DNA from: Candidatus Enterousia sp.
Lineage (GTDB): Bacteria > Pseudomonadota > Alphaproteobacteria > Rs-D84
Assembly: GCA_045637165.1 (NCBI GenBank)
Contig: JAZTYU010000008.1
Coordinates: 12,524-76,523 of the forward strand
DNA: 64,000 bases
Direction: 5' to 3'
Each line of letters opens with the position of its first letter. Position 1 is the first letter of the stretch. The notes under the pieces are model-generated. The model saw only the letters and a program-made list of their open reading frames with translations. It was not told the DNA's origin and did no database searches. A program made the translations under genes and the position numbers. Shown here piece by piece: positions 1 to 9,535 of the stretch.

Positions 1-356
1 ATATGTTTTTCTTCGTGTTTTAGCACAGCATTATAACTGCACGATTTTGGGACGTGTCGCATATCAATTTGAACTATAAATTCAGAATATCCAACCAGTG
101 CCTCGACCGCTTTTAATCCAACACAAAAACCATTATCAACGGGATTTACATCTGCAACAAAATCATAATTATCAACCAATGTTGCCACAACATTACCGTG
201 CCAAAAATCCATTGGTGTTTTTGGTTGAACGACAACTTTTTCCCAATCAGGCAAATTGACAAACACGGCTGGATTTTTTTTATACTTCATACAATCATTG
301 GCCACGGCCTGCCCAGATACCAAGATTGAAAAAATCCAAACCAAACACTTTTGCAT
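1..356 (-). CDS. Secreted hypothetical protein with HExxH motif. Only the N-terminal 118 codons are in the window (runs off the left edge). Lies directly downstream of virB4.
   Basis: Hand translation of the minus strand from ATG at 354-356 gives MQKCLVWIFSILVSGQAVA/NDCMKYKK... with a signal-peptide-like N-terminus. The frame is open to position 1 and ends ...SCSYNAVLKHEEKH (HEEKH at 3-17). It starts 8 nt after the virB4 stop. It is absent from the ORF track because no stop lies in the window. Confidence 0.5.
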   Translation of the reverse strand, partial: MQKCLVWIFSILVSGQAVANDCMKYKKNPAVFVNLPDWEKVVVQPKTPMDFWHGNVVATLVDNYDFVADVNPVDNGFCVGLKAVEALVGYSEFIVQIDMRHVPKSCSYNAVLKHEEKH

Positions 357-363
357 AATTAAA

Positions 364-2793
364 TTACTCAGCCGCACCCTGCTTTTTCAGGTATTCATTT
401 ACAAAATTATTTCCATACATTTTATATAATTCTTCTGCCAACAGCACGGACGAACGGCCTGATTCAAACAATCGCAACAGATTACCCAAACCGCCCAACT
501 CTGTATTCAAAATAACAGATTCCCCGTTCACAGGTCTTGACAGCAACACCGCCCTTTTCAAGTTTGGATATGCCTTACCCTGGATAAAAGCCATTTCCAA
601 TGGATTCAAATTCCAGTGTGCATAGTCATTTGCATCAGCGGCTGGATTTCTGAAAAACATCACAGTCTGGGCCTGACCACGCACCACATCGCCAATTCCC
701 AGTTTATCCAGAACATTTGCACGTTGGAATGCCACCATATACGCCTGACGGTTTTTACGTCCTTCTTGTAAACCAGTGATAAAGTTATCACGGAACATTT
801 TGTTTTCCAGCATAGGTGCAGTTTCGTCAATCATAATCAAGGACGGATTTCCCCCTGACACAGTAATATTATTGATTCTGTGCAAGATATAAGAAATAAC
901 TGCTGGCGACAAAACCTCGTCCTGTAAAATATCGGTAAAATCGAACGTGGTCAGTCTTGAATGCAAATCCAACGTATCAGACACTTCATTAAACATATCC
1001 CCATATTGCAGTGGGTCCACCCATTTTTTCAGTGCCGCCCTCATATTACCAGACGAAGAAAAACAACTTTCCCACAGATTTTTCAACATTCTGTCATTTT
1101 CGTTCAGATAATCAAAGTTCACCGAAACAGCCCGTGCAATTTCATCAGCTGACACTGCATCATTTTGTCCTGAAATAATTGCGAACCACCGCCGCAAGAA
1201 CGCACGATTTGCGGCACTATCTGACATTTTCAACGGATTTAAGTGTGTAATAAAACTTTGTTCTGTGGCATTTTGTGCTTTTTCCTTGCCCTGCATAGTA
1301 ATGTATTTTCCACCAGCAGCCAGTGTGAATATTTCCGCCCCTTTATTTCTATCAAAGAAAAACGCCTTTAACTTTGGATGTCTTAAACTTTGTGCAATCA
1401 GAAAAGAAAACAGCGTGGTTTTTCCCCCACCAGTTGGACCAATTGTTAACGTATGCCCCACCGCCGCCGGTTTATCAGACACATGAAATTGGAATTGATA
1501 TGGTGTTCCCTGTGCAGTTGGGAAAACAACCAACGGTCCCGGCCCCCAATCTGAATTTTCAACCCCACGTGGCTGGGTTGACATCGGAATTGAAATTGCA
1601 GCAGCCTTTGACAGCAACTTGAAACTGCGTGGAAAAACATCAAATCCCGGAATCTGTGCGAACCACGAAACCTTAGACGCAAACGTTTCCACAACAGGCG
1701 AAATACCAAACGTTGCTGAAATCTTTTTAAATTCATCAACATACTTTTGCAAATCGCTTGGTGTTGCCCCGAACAGAACAAACAGCGGATAATAATTTAC
1801 CAGGCTTTGATTTCCTGAAACATTTTCATCCATCACACTTTGTGCCTGTGAAATTTGTGTTTCTGTTGAATCCTTGTTTTCATCTGCGGTTGAACGACGT
1901 TGACGAATGGTCGCTTCTACATCTGCGGCCCCCATAATATGAAAGCCGTTCATACAAATCATTTCTGTTTGAATAGTAGATATTGTATCAAAGAATTCTT
2001 CGTCCAGATAATCAGGCGAAATCTTAAAAGACAAGCAGGCTGCAAACGATTGATTTGTCCCACTGATATACCTAATTAAACCATCATTTAAAAATTCAAC
2101 ATCATCAACGGTTGTTAAATTTGCAATATTGTTATCTGCCCGTTTTGGTCTTGGCTTTGATATAGGCGACAAAATCCGCCCCAAAAAACACGCCATATTA
2201 TCAGGTGCATTATTTTTCAACAATTTTGGTCGATATGCGGCCAATATTGATTCAATATAATTACCATATTGATTTAGTTTTGCCCGTGCATCACTGCCAC
2301 TGACCGACAGAACAACATAGTAATTATTCAAAAATATTTTTAACCCCTGTCCCCGCCACTTATTATAAATGCGTTGTAAAGTCGGCTGGTCAAATTCATA
2401 GTTTGTCGTTTCATCTGCGGCATCACGCACCATATAGAAACGCAAAACAACATTTGGGTCCCTAATTTGGTTAAACAACTGGGCCCTTAAATCCAAGAAT
2501 TTTTCTTTTGTTGCATTATCCTGCATACTTGTCTGCACACCTGCGATTTTATAGACCCGCATTAAACTGCCATCTGTTAATTCCATAGAATTATCATTAA
2601 ACACAGTTTTGAACGGCAAGTAATTTGCATATTTTGCATATCCAAACTTTGGGAACAGTTTTTTTGTTAAAAAAGGCATATAAATCAGCAATACAATAAA
2701 CACAAACACCACAGCCAACGCCAGAACCACCAAAGTCATCTGAAAACCACTGCCTGCGAAATAGTTAAAAAAATCATTTAATTGACTGTTCAT
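364..2793 (-). CDS. virB4: Type IV secretion ATPase VirB4/TrbE family
   Basis: 809-aa ORF with an N-terminal TM segment, Walker A GPTGGGKTT and Walker B-like LIMIDETAP. Its start overlaps the stop of a VirB3-like ORF. Confidence 0.9.
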   Translation of the reverse strand: MNSQLNDFFNYFAGSGFQMTLVVLALAVVFVFIVLLIYMPFLTKKLFPKFGYAKYANYLPFKTVFNDNSMELTDGSLMRVYKIAGVQTSMQDNATKEKFLDLRAQLFNQIRDPNVVLRFYMVRDAADETTNYEFDQPTLQRIYNKWRGQGLKIFLNNYYVVLSVSGSDARAKLNQYGNYIESILAAYRPKLLKNNAPDNMACFLGRILSPISKPRPKRADNNIANLTTVDDVEFLNDGLIRYISGTNQSFAACLSFKISPDYLDEEFFDTISTIQTEMICMNGFHIMGAADVEATIRQRRSTADENKDSTETQISQAQSVMDENVSGNQSLVNYYPLFVLFGATPSDLQKYVDEFKKISATFGISPVVETFASKVSWFAQIPGFDVFPRSFKLLSKAAAISIPMSTQPRGVENSDWGPGPLVVFPTAQGTPYQFQFHVSDKPAAVGHTLTIGPTGGGKTTLFSFLIAQSLRHPKLKAFFFDRNKGAEIFTLAAGGKYITMQGKEKAQNATEQSFITHLNPLKMSDSAANRAFLRRWFAIISGQNDAVSADEIARAVSVNFDYLNENDRMLKNLWESCFSSSGNMRAALKKWVDPLQYGDMFNEVSDTLDLHSRLTTFDFTDILQDEVLSPAVISYILHRINNITVSGGNPSLIMIDETAPMLENKMFRDNFITGLQEGRKNRQAYMVAFQRANVLDKLGIGDVVRGQAQTVMFFRNPAADANDYAHWNLNPLEMAFIQGKAYPNLKRAVLLSRPVNGESVILNTELGGLGNLLRLFESGRSSVLLAEELYKMYGNNFVNEYLKKQGAAE

Positions 2794-3086
2794 GCTGCTA
2801 ACTTTCCTGGTATTTTCTTTTTTAACAATTGAATTTTTGCGGACACAATCTGTCCCAACTGCGGATCACGTTTTGAAAATATAGCGATAATAGAATGAAC
2901 GACAATAACAGAAATCAAAAAGAACAATGGGTTTACGCTTTCTTTTCCGCCTGAAACAATTAAAACGATGACGAAAACCGCCATAAATAATAAAAACTGC
3001 ACAACAAAGTTCAACACGGCCAGCGAATAAGGCACATAAAAAATATGTGCTGGATTTGCCAATGCTTTTAATACCTGCTGTTTCAT
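2790..3086 (-). CDS. virB3: VirB3/TrbD-like small inner-membrane T4SS protein
   Basis: 98 aa with two hydrophobic helices. There is a 4-nt overlap with the virB4 start, the classical VirB3-VirB4 arrangement. Confidence 0.6.
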   Translation of the reverse strand: MKQQVLKALANPAHIFYVPYSLAVLNFVVQFLLFMAVFVIVLIVSGGKESVNPLFFLISVIVVHSIIAIFSKRDPQLGQIVSAKIQLLKKKIPGKLAA

Positions 3087-3113
3087 TCTCTATCCGTCCT
3101 TGTTTACAATTAT

Positions 3114-3313
3114 AACAATTTCAACAATTTTCAACAAGCAGAAAGTCCCCCCGTCCTAAAATTGTTAAAAGTGTTAAAAACGTCGATTTTTTCAACTGTT
3201 GATTATTTTGTTTAATTTTTAATTAATTTAGGACCAATACCGCACAAATCCTGGATTTTTTTGTTAAAAAACTGTTCAGAAAAAGTTAAAAACAGTTTTC
3301 AACAATTTCAACA
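3114..3313. repeat. Repeat-rich divergent intergenic region: exact 13-nt direct repeat AACAATTTCAACA (3114-3126, 3301-3313), further TTCAACA copies, and a 9-bp inverted repeat
   Basis: TTCAACA occurs at 3120, 3130, 3298 and 3307, with variant TTCAACT at 3191. AAAACTGTT (3268-3276) pairs with AACAGTTTT (3291-3299). All read directly from the sequence. Confidence 0.6.
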
Positions 3314-3400
3314 GGCCCTACAACAACAACAATAAAATAATATTATTATTTGATTTTTCAAAAAATATGTTTATAATCGACCTGTAAAAAGGATAACGAT

Positions 3401-3535
3401 ATGAAATTTTTAAGTTCATTAAAGGCTTGGAAGAAACGTGGAAATGTAAAACAAATCCGTCGTGGAAAGCAAGTTATCTTAATCGACCCTGACAATCCAA
3501 AGTTCAAAGCAAAACAGGGCTTTAAGAAGAAATAA
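3401..3535 (+). CDS. rpmJ: 50S ribosomal protein L36 (44 aa, below the ORF-track size cutoff)
   Basis: Hand translation gives MKFLSSLKAWKKRGNVKQIRRGKQVILIDPDNPKFKAKQGFKKK, which matches the bL36 pattern (MKV.SSLK...R.G...VI...NP.FKARQG). GGA-rich RBS at 3391-3395; TATAAT at 3372-3377. Confidence 0.85.
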   Translation: MKFLSSLKAWKKRGNVKQIRRGKQVILIDPDNPKFKAKQGFKKK

Positions 3536-3561
3536 AAAATCGCCACTTGGCGGTTTTTTTT
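3536..3561 (+). terminator. Rho-independent terminator after rpmJ
   Basis: Stem CGCC / GGCG with loop ACTT (3541-3552), followed by a T8 run. Confidence 0.6.
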
Positions 3562-3574
3562 ATACCTATAATAA

Positions 3575-4246
3575 TTATTCAAAAGATAAGAACGCCTCTT
3601 TCAGAACTTCTTGGACTTCACATCCCGACAGCCCTGCCCCACGCAAGAATCGCATTTGAAAATCAGTTGGTTTATAAATACATGCACTATGGTCTGCTTG
3701 TTTTGGGATTGATTTTATTTTCTGACCTGGGATAAAGTCAATTTTTGCCCCATCATCTGCCATTGCAACAAAAGCGACATCAGACTGGCAATCATCACAG
3801 TCTTTATCAATAACCGCAATACCAGATAATTTAGAAACTGAATTTTTACCGGACAAAATTTTATTTTTAATCAAAATGCCGGTATTTTTATATAAATGCC
3901 TTGCATTGCAATTATAATTTAGTTCGCTGGAATTGTCTATCAACACAGTTCCTGTAATTTTAGAATTTTCCCCGGCGTTTTTAATAAAAATGTTAAAAAA
4001 AGCCGGTGATTTTATTTTTACATTTACACTTAAAATTACATTTTGATTTTTTACACCGACTTCTATATCTAAATTATTTTCGCTGGCAATTTCCCCAACA
4101 TAAATAAAATGGACAGGCAAATCGTAATTTTTATTTATTGGCCGATTTTCCAAGGTTGATAATTCAGGGCAATAAACCCCATCACGGAAAACGACAGTTT
4201 CCGCTGGAATTGTTTTTATGTTGAATTCGTTCCACATGTATGACAT
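3575..4246 (-). CDS. Short SufB/SufD-family-like protein (stand-alone)
   Basis: 223 aa. The C-terminus ...IDFIPGQKIKSIPKQADHSACIYKPTDFQMRFLRGAGLSGCEVQEVLKEAF resembles the SufBD C-terminal signature (..L.I.ADDVKCSHGAT.G..D..QLFYL.SRGI....A...L...F). No sufB/C/S genes lie nearby. Confidence 0.4.
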   Translation of the reverse strand: MSYMWNEFNIKTIPAETVVFRDGVYCPELSTLENRPINKNYDLPVHFIYVGEIASENNLDIEVGVKNQNVILSVNVKIKSPAFFNIFIKNAGENSKITGTVLIDNSSELNYNCNARHLYKNTGILIKNKILSGKNSVSKLSGIAVIDKDCDDCQSDVAFVAMADDGAKIDFIPGQKIKSIPKQADHSACIYKPTDFQMRFLRGAGLSGCEVQEVLKEAFLSFE

Positions 4247-4273
4247 ATTATCGACATTATAAAGGATTTTAAA

Positions 4274-5353
4274 ATGGGATTCAATTGTGGAATCGTAGGC
4301 TTACCAAATGTTGGTAAATCTACATTATTTAATGCTTTAACGCAAAGTGCTGCGGCTGACGCCCAGAATTATCCATTTTGCACAATCGAACCTAACACTG
4401 GTCGTGTTGTTGTTCCGGATTCGACATTGCATGAACTTGCCCGTGTTGCAGGCTCGCAAAAGATATTACCGACCCAACTTGAAATTGTTGACATTGCGGG
4501 TCTTGTCCGTGGTGCTTCAACCGGCGAAGGGCTTGGGAATAAATTCTTGGGTAATATTTTATCAACAGACGCAATTATTCACGTTGTCCGTTGTTTTGAA
4601 AATGACGACATTGTTCACGTTCACGGTCAAATTGATCCATTAGGCGACATAGAAACGATTGAAACAGAATTGATGTTGGCAGACCTTGAAAGCATTGATA
4701 AACAAATAAAAAACCTTGAAAAAAAGGCACGTGGTCTGGACAAAGATGCAATAAAATTACTAGCGGACGCCCAGGCGATAAAGGCAAATTTGGAAAAATC
4801 CATACCGGCCCGCCTTGGCGATGTTGATTCCACGCCGTTTAATTTATTGACATCAAAGCCTGTTATTTATGTCTGCAATGTTGACGAAGCGTCTGCGGCG
4901 ACTGGCAATAAATATTCAGATCTGGTTCGTGAAAAGTTTAGTGCAACAAATGATGTTTTGGTAATTTCATCAAAAATAGAAATGGAAATTTCACAAATTG
5001 TTGACCCAGACGAACGTAAAATGTTCCTAGATGACTTGGGTTTATCTGAATCTGGTCTGGACCAGGTTATAAAGACAGGTTATAAAACACTTGGCCTGCA
5101 AACCTATTACACTATTGGCCCCAAGGAAGCGCACGCCTGGACAATCACAACTGGAATGACTGCACCCCAGGCGGCTGGAAAAATTCACACAGATTTCGAG
5201 AAAGGTTTTATCCGTGCCGAAGTAATTTCTCCATCTGACTTTATTGCCCTTGGTGGCGAAGTTGCGGTCAAAGAAGCGGGCAAGATGCGTCTAGTTGGTC
5301 GTGATTATGTGATGCAACCCGGCGACATATGTCACTTCTTATTTAACACATAA
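4274..5353 (+). CDS. ychF: Ribosome-binding ATPase YchF (Obg-like)
   Basis: GIVGLPNVGKSTLFNALT G1 motif, DIAGLV motif and TGS-like C-terminus; 359 aa. Confidence 0.9.
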   Translation: MGFNCGIVGLPNVGKSTLFNALTQSAAADAQNYPFCTIEPNTGRVVVPDSTLHELARVAGSQKILPTQLEIVDIAGLVRGASTGEGLGNKFLGNILSTDAIIHVVRCFENDDIVHVHGQIDPLGDIETIETELMLADLESIDKQIKNLEKKARGLDKDAIKLLADAQAIKANLEKSIPARLGDVDSTPFNLLTSKPVIYVCNVDEASAATGNKYSDLVREKFSATNDVLVISSKIEMEISQIVDPDERKMFLDDLGLSESGLDQVIKTGYKTLGLQTYYTIGPKEAHAWTITTGMTAPQAAGKIHTDFEKGFIRAEVISPSDFIALGGEVAVKEAGKMRLVGRDYVMQPGDICHFLFNT

Positions 5354-5378
5354 AAATTCCCCCTATGGGGGATTTTTA
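5354..5378 (+). terminator. Rho-independent terminator after ychF (ATCCCC...GGGGAT family)
   Basis: TCCCCC-TAT-GGGGGA hairpin followed by TTTTT. Confidence 0.6.
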
Positions 5379-5426
5379 TTACTTTTTTTATATTGAAATT
5401 ATTGTCATAAATGTTAAAATAAAAAA

Positions 5427-5550
5427 TGCTTCGTAGCACAAGAACGAGGCGTGCATAAAATAATTTTATTTTTGGGGACGCCTACAATGCACATATAATT
5501 GCAAGAGGTTACGGCCTGTTTTCCAGAACCTGTTTTTCGGGTTCTTTTTT
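5427..5550 (+). ncRNA. Candidate ~125-nt small RNA between ychF and dnaG (function unknown)
   Basis: Promoter-like TTGAAA (5393-5398), 16-nt spacer, extended -10 TGtTAAAAT (5412-5420). Hairpin GCTTCGT/ACGAGGC (5428-5450). Terminator AGAACC-N9-GGTTCT plus T-run (5525-5550). No ORF of meaningful length. Confidence 0.25.
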
Positions 5551-5662
5551 ATTACATCAAAACATTGTTTCAACTTTCGCACCTGATATGAGCTTTAAAA
5601 TAAAAATGTTAAAAAATCCCGGTCTTTTTGATAATTTTGTTCAAAAAAGCCGGGAAATTATT

Positions 5663-7288
5663 TTATAAAGAAATCAGCAATTTTAATTTTTCATTATATT
5701 TTTTTAAATCGTTATCAATCTGTGCAATTTCATCACGAATTTTAACATCACCTGTTTCCAGCAACCGATTTGTCAGTTCACGTTTTTTTGTATTTAGTTT
5801 TTCCAAATATCGTTGCAATTTTAACGATACAATAAATTTTTCTGCTGACACTAAATCCATATTTAAATCTGGTGCATCACCATCGAAATCGATTCCCAGT
5901 GTTCCCAAGAATTCCAAATATCTTTCTGCCAGTTCTGGGAAAGTATTCACAATATACAGCAAGGTCCTTTTTGTAATTGCATCAATATCAGGCAGTTTAA
6001 TTTTTATTGGTTCTTTTACTTTTTTCCAACTTTGCCAGTTTTGAAATTTCCGCTTATCATATTCTTGTTTATAATGCTTTTTTAATTCATTATCGGCCAA
6101 TTTTTCCAATTCTCCGTCCAAGAATTTTTCAGCCTGGGCCCGTCCGCCTGGCGTTGAAACGACAAAGTTATTATTTGCGATTTCCCACAAGAAATCAGTC
6201 AACCCAACCGCATCATCAATAATTTTACGCATTGCATCGACGCCACTATTTGCCAATATTTCATCAGGGTCTTTGCCACCTGAAACAAAGGCAAATTTAA
6301 TATCAGACGTATCACGAACGAACGGCATAACAATACTGCATGCACGTGCAGCGGCCTTTTGTCCTGCCCCGTCGCCATCAAAACAAAAAGTAATATTTCG
6401 ATTAGATTTACACAGCAACGCAATATGGTCTTCGGTCAGTGCTGTCCCAAGTGGTGCAACTGTTTCACCAAATCCATTACATTGCATTTTTATTGCGTCA
6501 ATTTGTCCTTCGACAACGATGCTGCGGTTTGCACGATGAATTGCATCACGTGCAAAGTTCAATCCGAATACAGTTTTACGTTTATGAAAAATATCGGTAT
6601 CAGTTGTATTCATATACTTTGGTTCACTTCCGTCCAGCGACCGTCCAGAAAAAGCAACAACTTTACCCTTGGCGTTAAACAAAGGGAACATCAATTTATC
6701 ACGGAAAAAATCATACATACCATAATCACCACGCCGGCAAAGTCCTGCATCAATCAGGTATTTTGAATCTGCATATTTATTTGCGATGATATTATTTTTT
6801 GGTGCATATCCGATACGATATTTTTTTATCATATCATCTGTGAATCCACGTTTACGCACATATTCCAACGCAAACGCCCCATCAGGTGTGAATAATTTTT
6901 CAGAATATGTCTGTGCGGCTTTTTCGCAAATATCAAACAACGCTTCTTCACGTTGCACAACATTTTGTGGTCGTGGCTTATATTCAGGCATTTTCATCCC
7001 GGCCATATTGGCCAGTTCTTCGATTGCTTCCTTAAAGTCAATATTATTGACCTTCATTGTAAAAGAAATAATATCGCCGCTTTCGCCACAACCAAAACAT
7101 TTACAAATACCCTTTTCTTCGTTGACACAGAAACTGGGTGTTTTTTCATTATGGAACGGACAGCAACCCCAATAATTTTGTCCTTTTTTTGTCAGTGGCA
7201 CACGTCGTCCCACCACATCAACAATAGACAATCGTTGACGCAGTTCATCGGTAAAGTTTGAATAACTAAATTTACCTTGTTGTGCCAT
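5663..7288 (-). CDS. dnaG: DNA primase
   Basis: CPFHNEKTPSF zinc-finger motif and Toprim region (EGQIDA); 541 aa. Confidence 0.9.
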   Translation of the reverse strand: MAQQGKFSYSNFTDELRQRLSIVDVVGRRVPLTKKGQNYWGCCPFHNEKTPSFCVNEEKGICKCFGCGESGDIISFTMKVNNIDFKEAIEELANMAGMKMPEYKPRPQNVVQREEALFDICEKAAQTYSEKLFTPDGAFALEYVRKRGFTDDMIKKYRIGYAPKNNIIANKYADSKYLIDAGLCRRGDYGMYDFFRDKLMFPLFNAKGKVVAFSGRSLDGSEPKYMNTTDTDIFHKRKTVFGLNFARDAIHRANRSIVVEGQIDAIKMQCNGFGETVAPLGTALTEDHIALLCKSNRNITFCFDGDGAGQKAAARACSIVMPFVRDTSDIKFAFVSGGKDPDEILANSGVDAMRKIIDDAVGLTDFLWEIANNNFVVSTPGGRAQAEKFLDGELEKLADNELKKHYKQEYDKRKFQNWQSWKKVKEPIKIKLPDIDAITKRTLLYIVNTFPELAERYLEFLGTLGIDFDGDAPDLNMDLVSAEKFIVSLKLQRYLEKLNTKKRELTNRLLETGDVKIRDEIAQIDNDLKKYNEKLKLLISL

Positions 7289-9531
7289 TACTTTTTGTTT
7301 GCCTTGTTATTTATCAGTTTAATTGCGGTTTCCAAATCAGGTTGTTCTTTAACAGAAACATTGACTCTATTTGATGATATATATGCACCATACCGCCCAG
7401 TTGGGTAAAAGAAAATCATTTTCTTAGTTTCTGGATTTTCGCCGATTTTAATTGGTTCTGCTTTTTTACCAGCATTTGCCAATAATTCACGTGCAGTTTC
7501 CAGTGTTATTGTTTCTGCACTCCATTGTTTTGCAGCGACATTTTTAGCCCCATCTGTGACATAAGGCCCAAATTTACCAACCCTAAATTCGATACCGTCA
7601 CCCAGTTCAACAGCATCTGATTTAACGGCCTGTGCGGTTGATTCTGCGGCCTGTGCGACTGCGGCATCAATTTTACCCAGCTGTTTAGTATATTTACAAT
7701 CCGGATATTTTTCGCATCCGATAAACGGTCCAAACTTAGACAATTTAATTCCCAGTTTTGCACCACATTCTGGACAAACGTCATTATCATCAGGGAACAG
7801 ATGTTTATGCATAAACTGATTTATTTCATCGATTATATCTGCTGTTCTAATCCCCCGGGCCCCACCAATCATATCGTTAGTAGGTGTCCAGAAATTTTCC
7901 AACGCAGTAATTTTATCTTGTTTACCATTTGAAACATCGTCCAAAGTATCTTCGGTTTTTGCGGTAAAGTTCACATCAACCAAATCTGTAAAATATTTAT
8001 TCAGATAAGATGCGATAACCCAACCGCCATTTGTAGGATGGAAACGTCGTTGTTTATCTTGTTCAACATACGCCCTATCAACAATTGTTGACATAATCGT
8101 TGCGTATGTAGAAGGACGGCCGATTCCCAGTTCTTCCAGTTTTTTAACAAGTGATGCTTCTGTATATCTTGGTGGTGCCTGTGTAAAGTGCTGTTCGGGG
8201 ATAAATTCTGTGACAACAATTTTATCACCGACCTGCATATTTGGCAGTTTAGATTCTTTTTTATCGTCTTCGTCATCTTTATCTTCGGTATAAACCTTCA
8301 TAAATCCATCAAAGGTTCGCACAGACCCAACAGCATGGAACACACCGACGTGATTATCTGTTTCTATATCAGCAGCAACAGAATCAAATTCTGCATTTTT
8401 CATTTGGCACGCAATAGTTCTTTTCCAAATCAAATCGTATAATTTTGCTTCATCGCCACCAAGATTTTTTGCAGGTGCATCAAAGTGTGTTGGTCGAATA
8501 GCTTCGTGTGCTTCCTGTGCATTTTTTGATTTTGTTGCATAAATATTTGGTGAACTTGGCACAAAGTTATCACCATATTCCCGTCCGATAAAGTTTCTGA
8601 TTTCGCTAACTGCATCAGCGTTCAAATTTGTTGCGTCGGTTCGCATATATGTGATTAAACCTTGTTCATACAGGTGCTGTGCGGCACTCATTGTTCGTTT
8701 AGACGCAAAGAATAATTTTCGTGCTGCCTCCTGTTGTAGCGTAGATGTTGTAAACGGTGCTGCAGGTTTACGTTGTGTTTTTTTCTTTTCAATATTGATA
8801 ACGCTTGCACTAACTTCTGGTGTTCCCAGTGCGTTCAAAATATTATCTATTTGTTCTTGATTTTCGATGGTCATTTTTTCAATTTTCTGACCATTGAATT
8901 TATTTAGCATTGCCTTGAACGCCACAGAATTTGCCGTGCAGGCCGATTCCAAACTCCAATATTCCACGGGCTTAAAGTTTTCAATTTCCTTTTCACGGTC
9001 AACGACCAACTTTACCGCCACAGACTGAACACGTCCTGCTGACTTTCCCAAATTTCTACGCCACAGCAACGGTGAAATACTAAAACCAATCAGATAATCC
9101 AATGCACGTCTGACCAGATATGCATCGACCAAGTTTTTATCTATTTCACGTGGTTCTTCGATTGCGGCCTGAACAGCTTTTTTTGTAATTTCATGAAAAG
9201 CAACCCGATAAACTTTTTTATCTTTAAGCAATCTTTTTGCTTTTAGTATATCCAGCAAGTGCCACGCAATGGCTTCTCCTTCACGGTCAGGGTCGCTTGC
9301 CAGATAAACGGCATCTGCTTTTTTTAATTCATCAGTAATTAACTTAATTTGTTTTTCTTTACCTGGCATAATCTGCCATTTCATTTTGAAATTATTTTCA
9401 GTGTCAACACTGCCGTTTTCAGGCACTAAATCACGGACATGACCAACCGATGCGATAACACGCCAACCGCTGCCTAAATATTTTTCAATAGTCTTTGCCT
9501 TGGACGGTGATTCCACAATCAGTAAATTCAT
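7288..9531 (-). CDS. topA: DNA topoisomerase I
   Basis: N-terminus MNLLIVESPSKAKTIEKYLG (start moved to the internal ATG, 22 codons into the tracked ORF). Toprim domain and C-terminal Cys4 zinc ribbons. Its stop overlaps the dnaG start (TAATG). Confidence 0.9.
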   Translation of the reverse strand: MNLLIVESPSKAKTIEKYLGSGWRVIASVGHVRDLVPENGSVDTENNFKMKWQIMPGKEKQIKLITDELKKADAVYLASDPDREGEAIAWHLLDILKAKRLLKDKKVYRVAFHEITKKAVQAAIEEPREIDKNLVDAYLVRRALDYLIGFSISPLLWRRNLGKSAGRVQSVAVKLVVDREKEIENFKPVEYWSLESACTANSVAFKAMLNKFNGQKIEKMTIENQEQIDNILNALGTPEVSASVINIEKKKTQRKPAAPFTTSTLQQEAARKLFFASKRTMSAAQHLYEQGLITYMRTDATNLNADAVSEIRNFIGREYGDNFVPSSPNIYATKSKNAQEAHEAIRPTHFDAPAKNLGGDEAKLYDLIWKRTIACQMKNAEFDSVAADIETDNHVGVFHAVGSVRTFDGFMKVYTEDKDDEDDKKESKLPNMQVGDKIVVTEFIPEQHFTQAPPRYTEASLVKKLEELGIGRPSTYATIMSTIVDRAYVEQDKQRRFHPTNGGWVIASYLNKYFTDLVDVNFTAKTEDTLDDVSNGKQDKITALENFWTPTNDMIGGARGIRTADIIDEINQFMHKHLFPDDNDVCPECGAKLGIKLSKFGPFIGCEKYPDCKYTKQLGKIDAAVAQAAESTAQAVKSDAVELGDGIEFRVGKFGPYVTDGAKNVAAKQWSAETITLETARELLANAGKKAEPIKIGENPETKKMIFFYPTGRYGAYISSNRVNVSVKEQPDLETAIKLINNKANKK

Positions 9532-9535
9532 TTCC

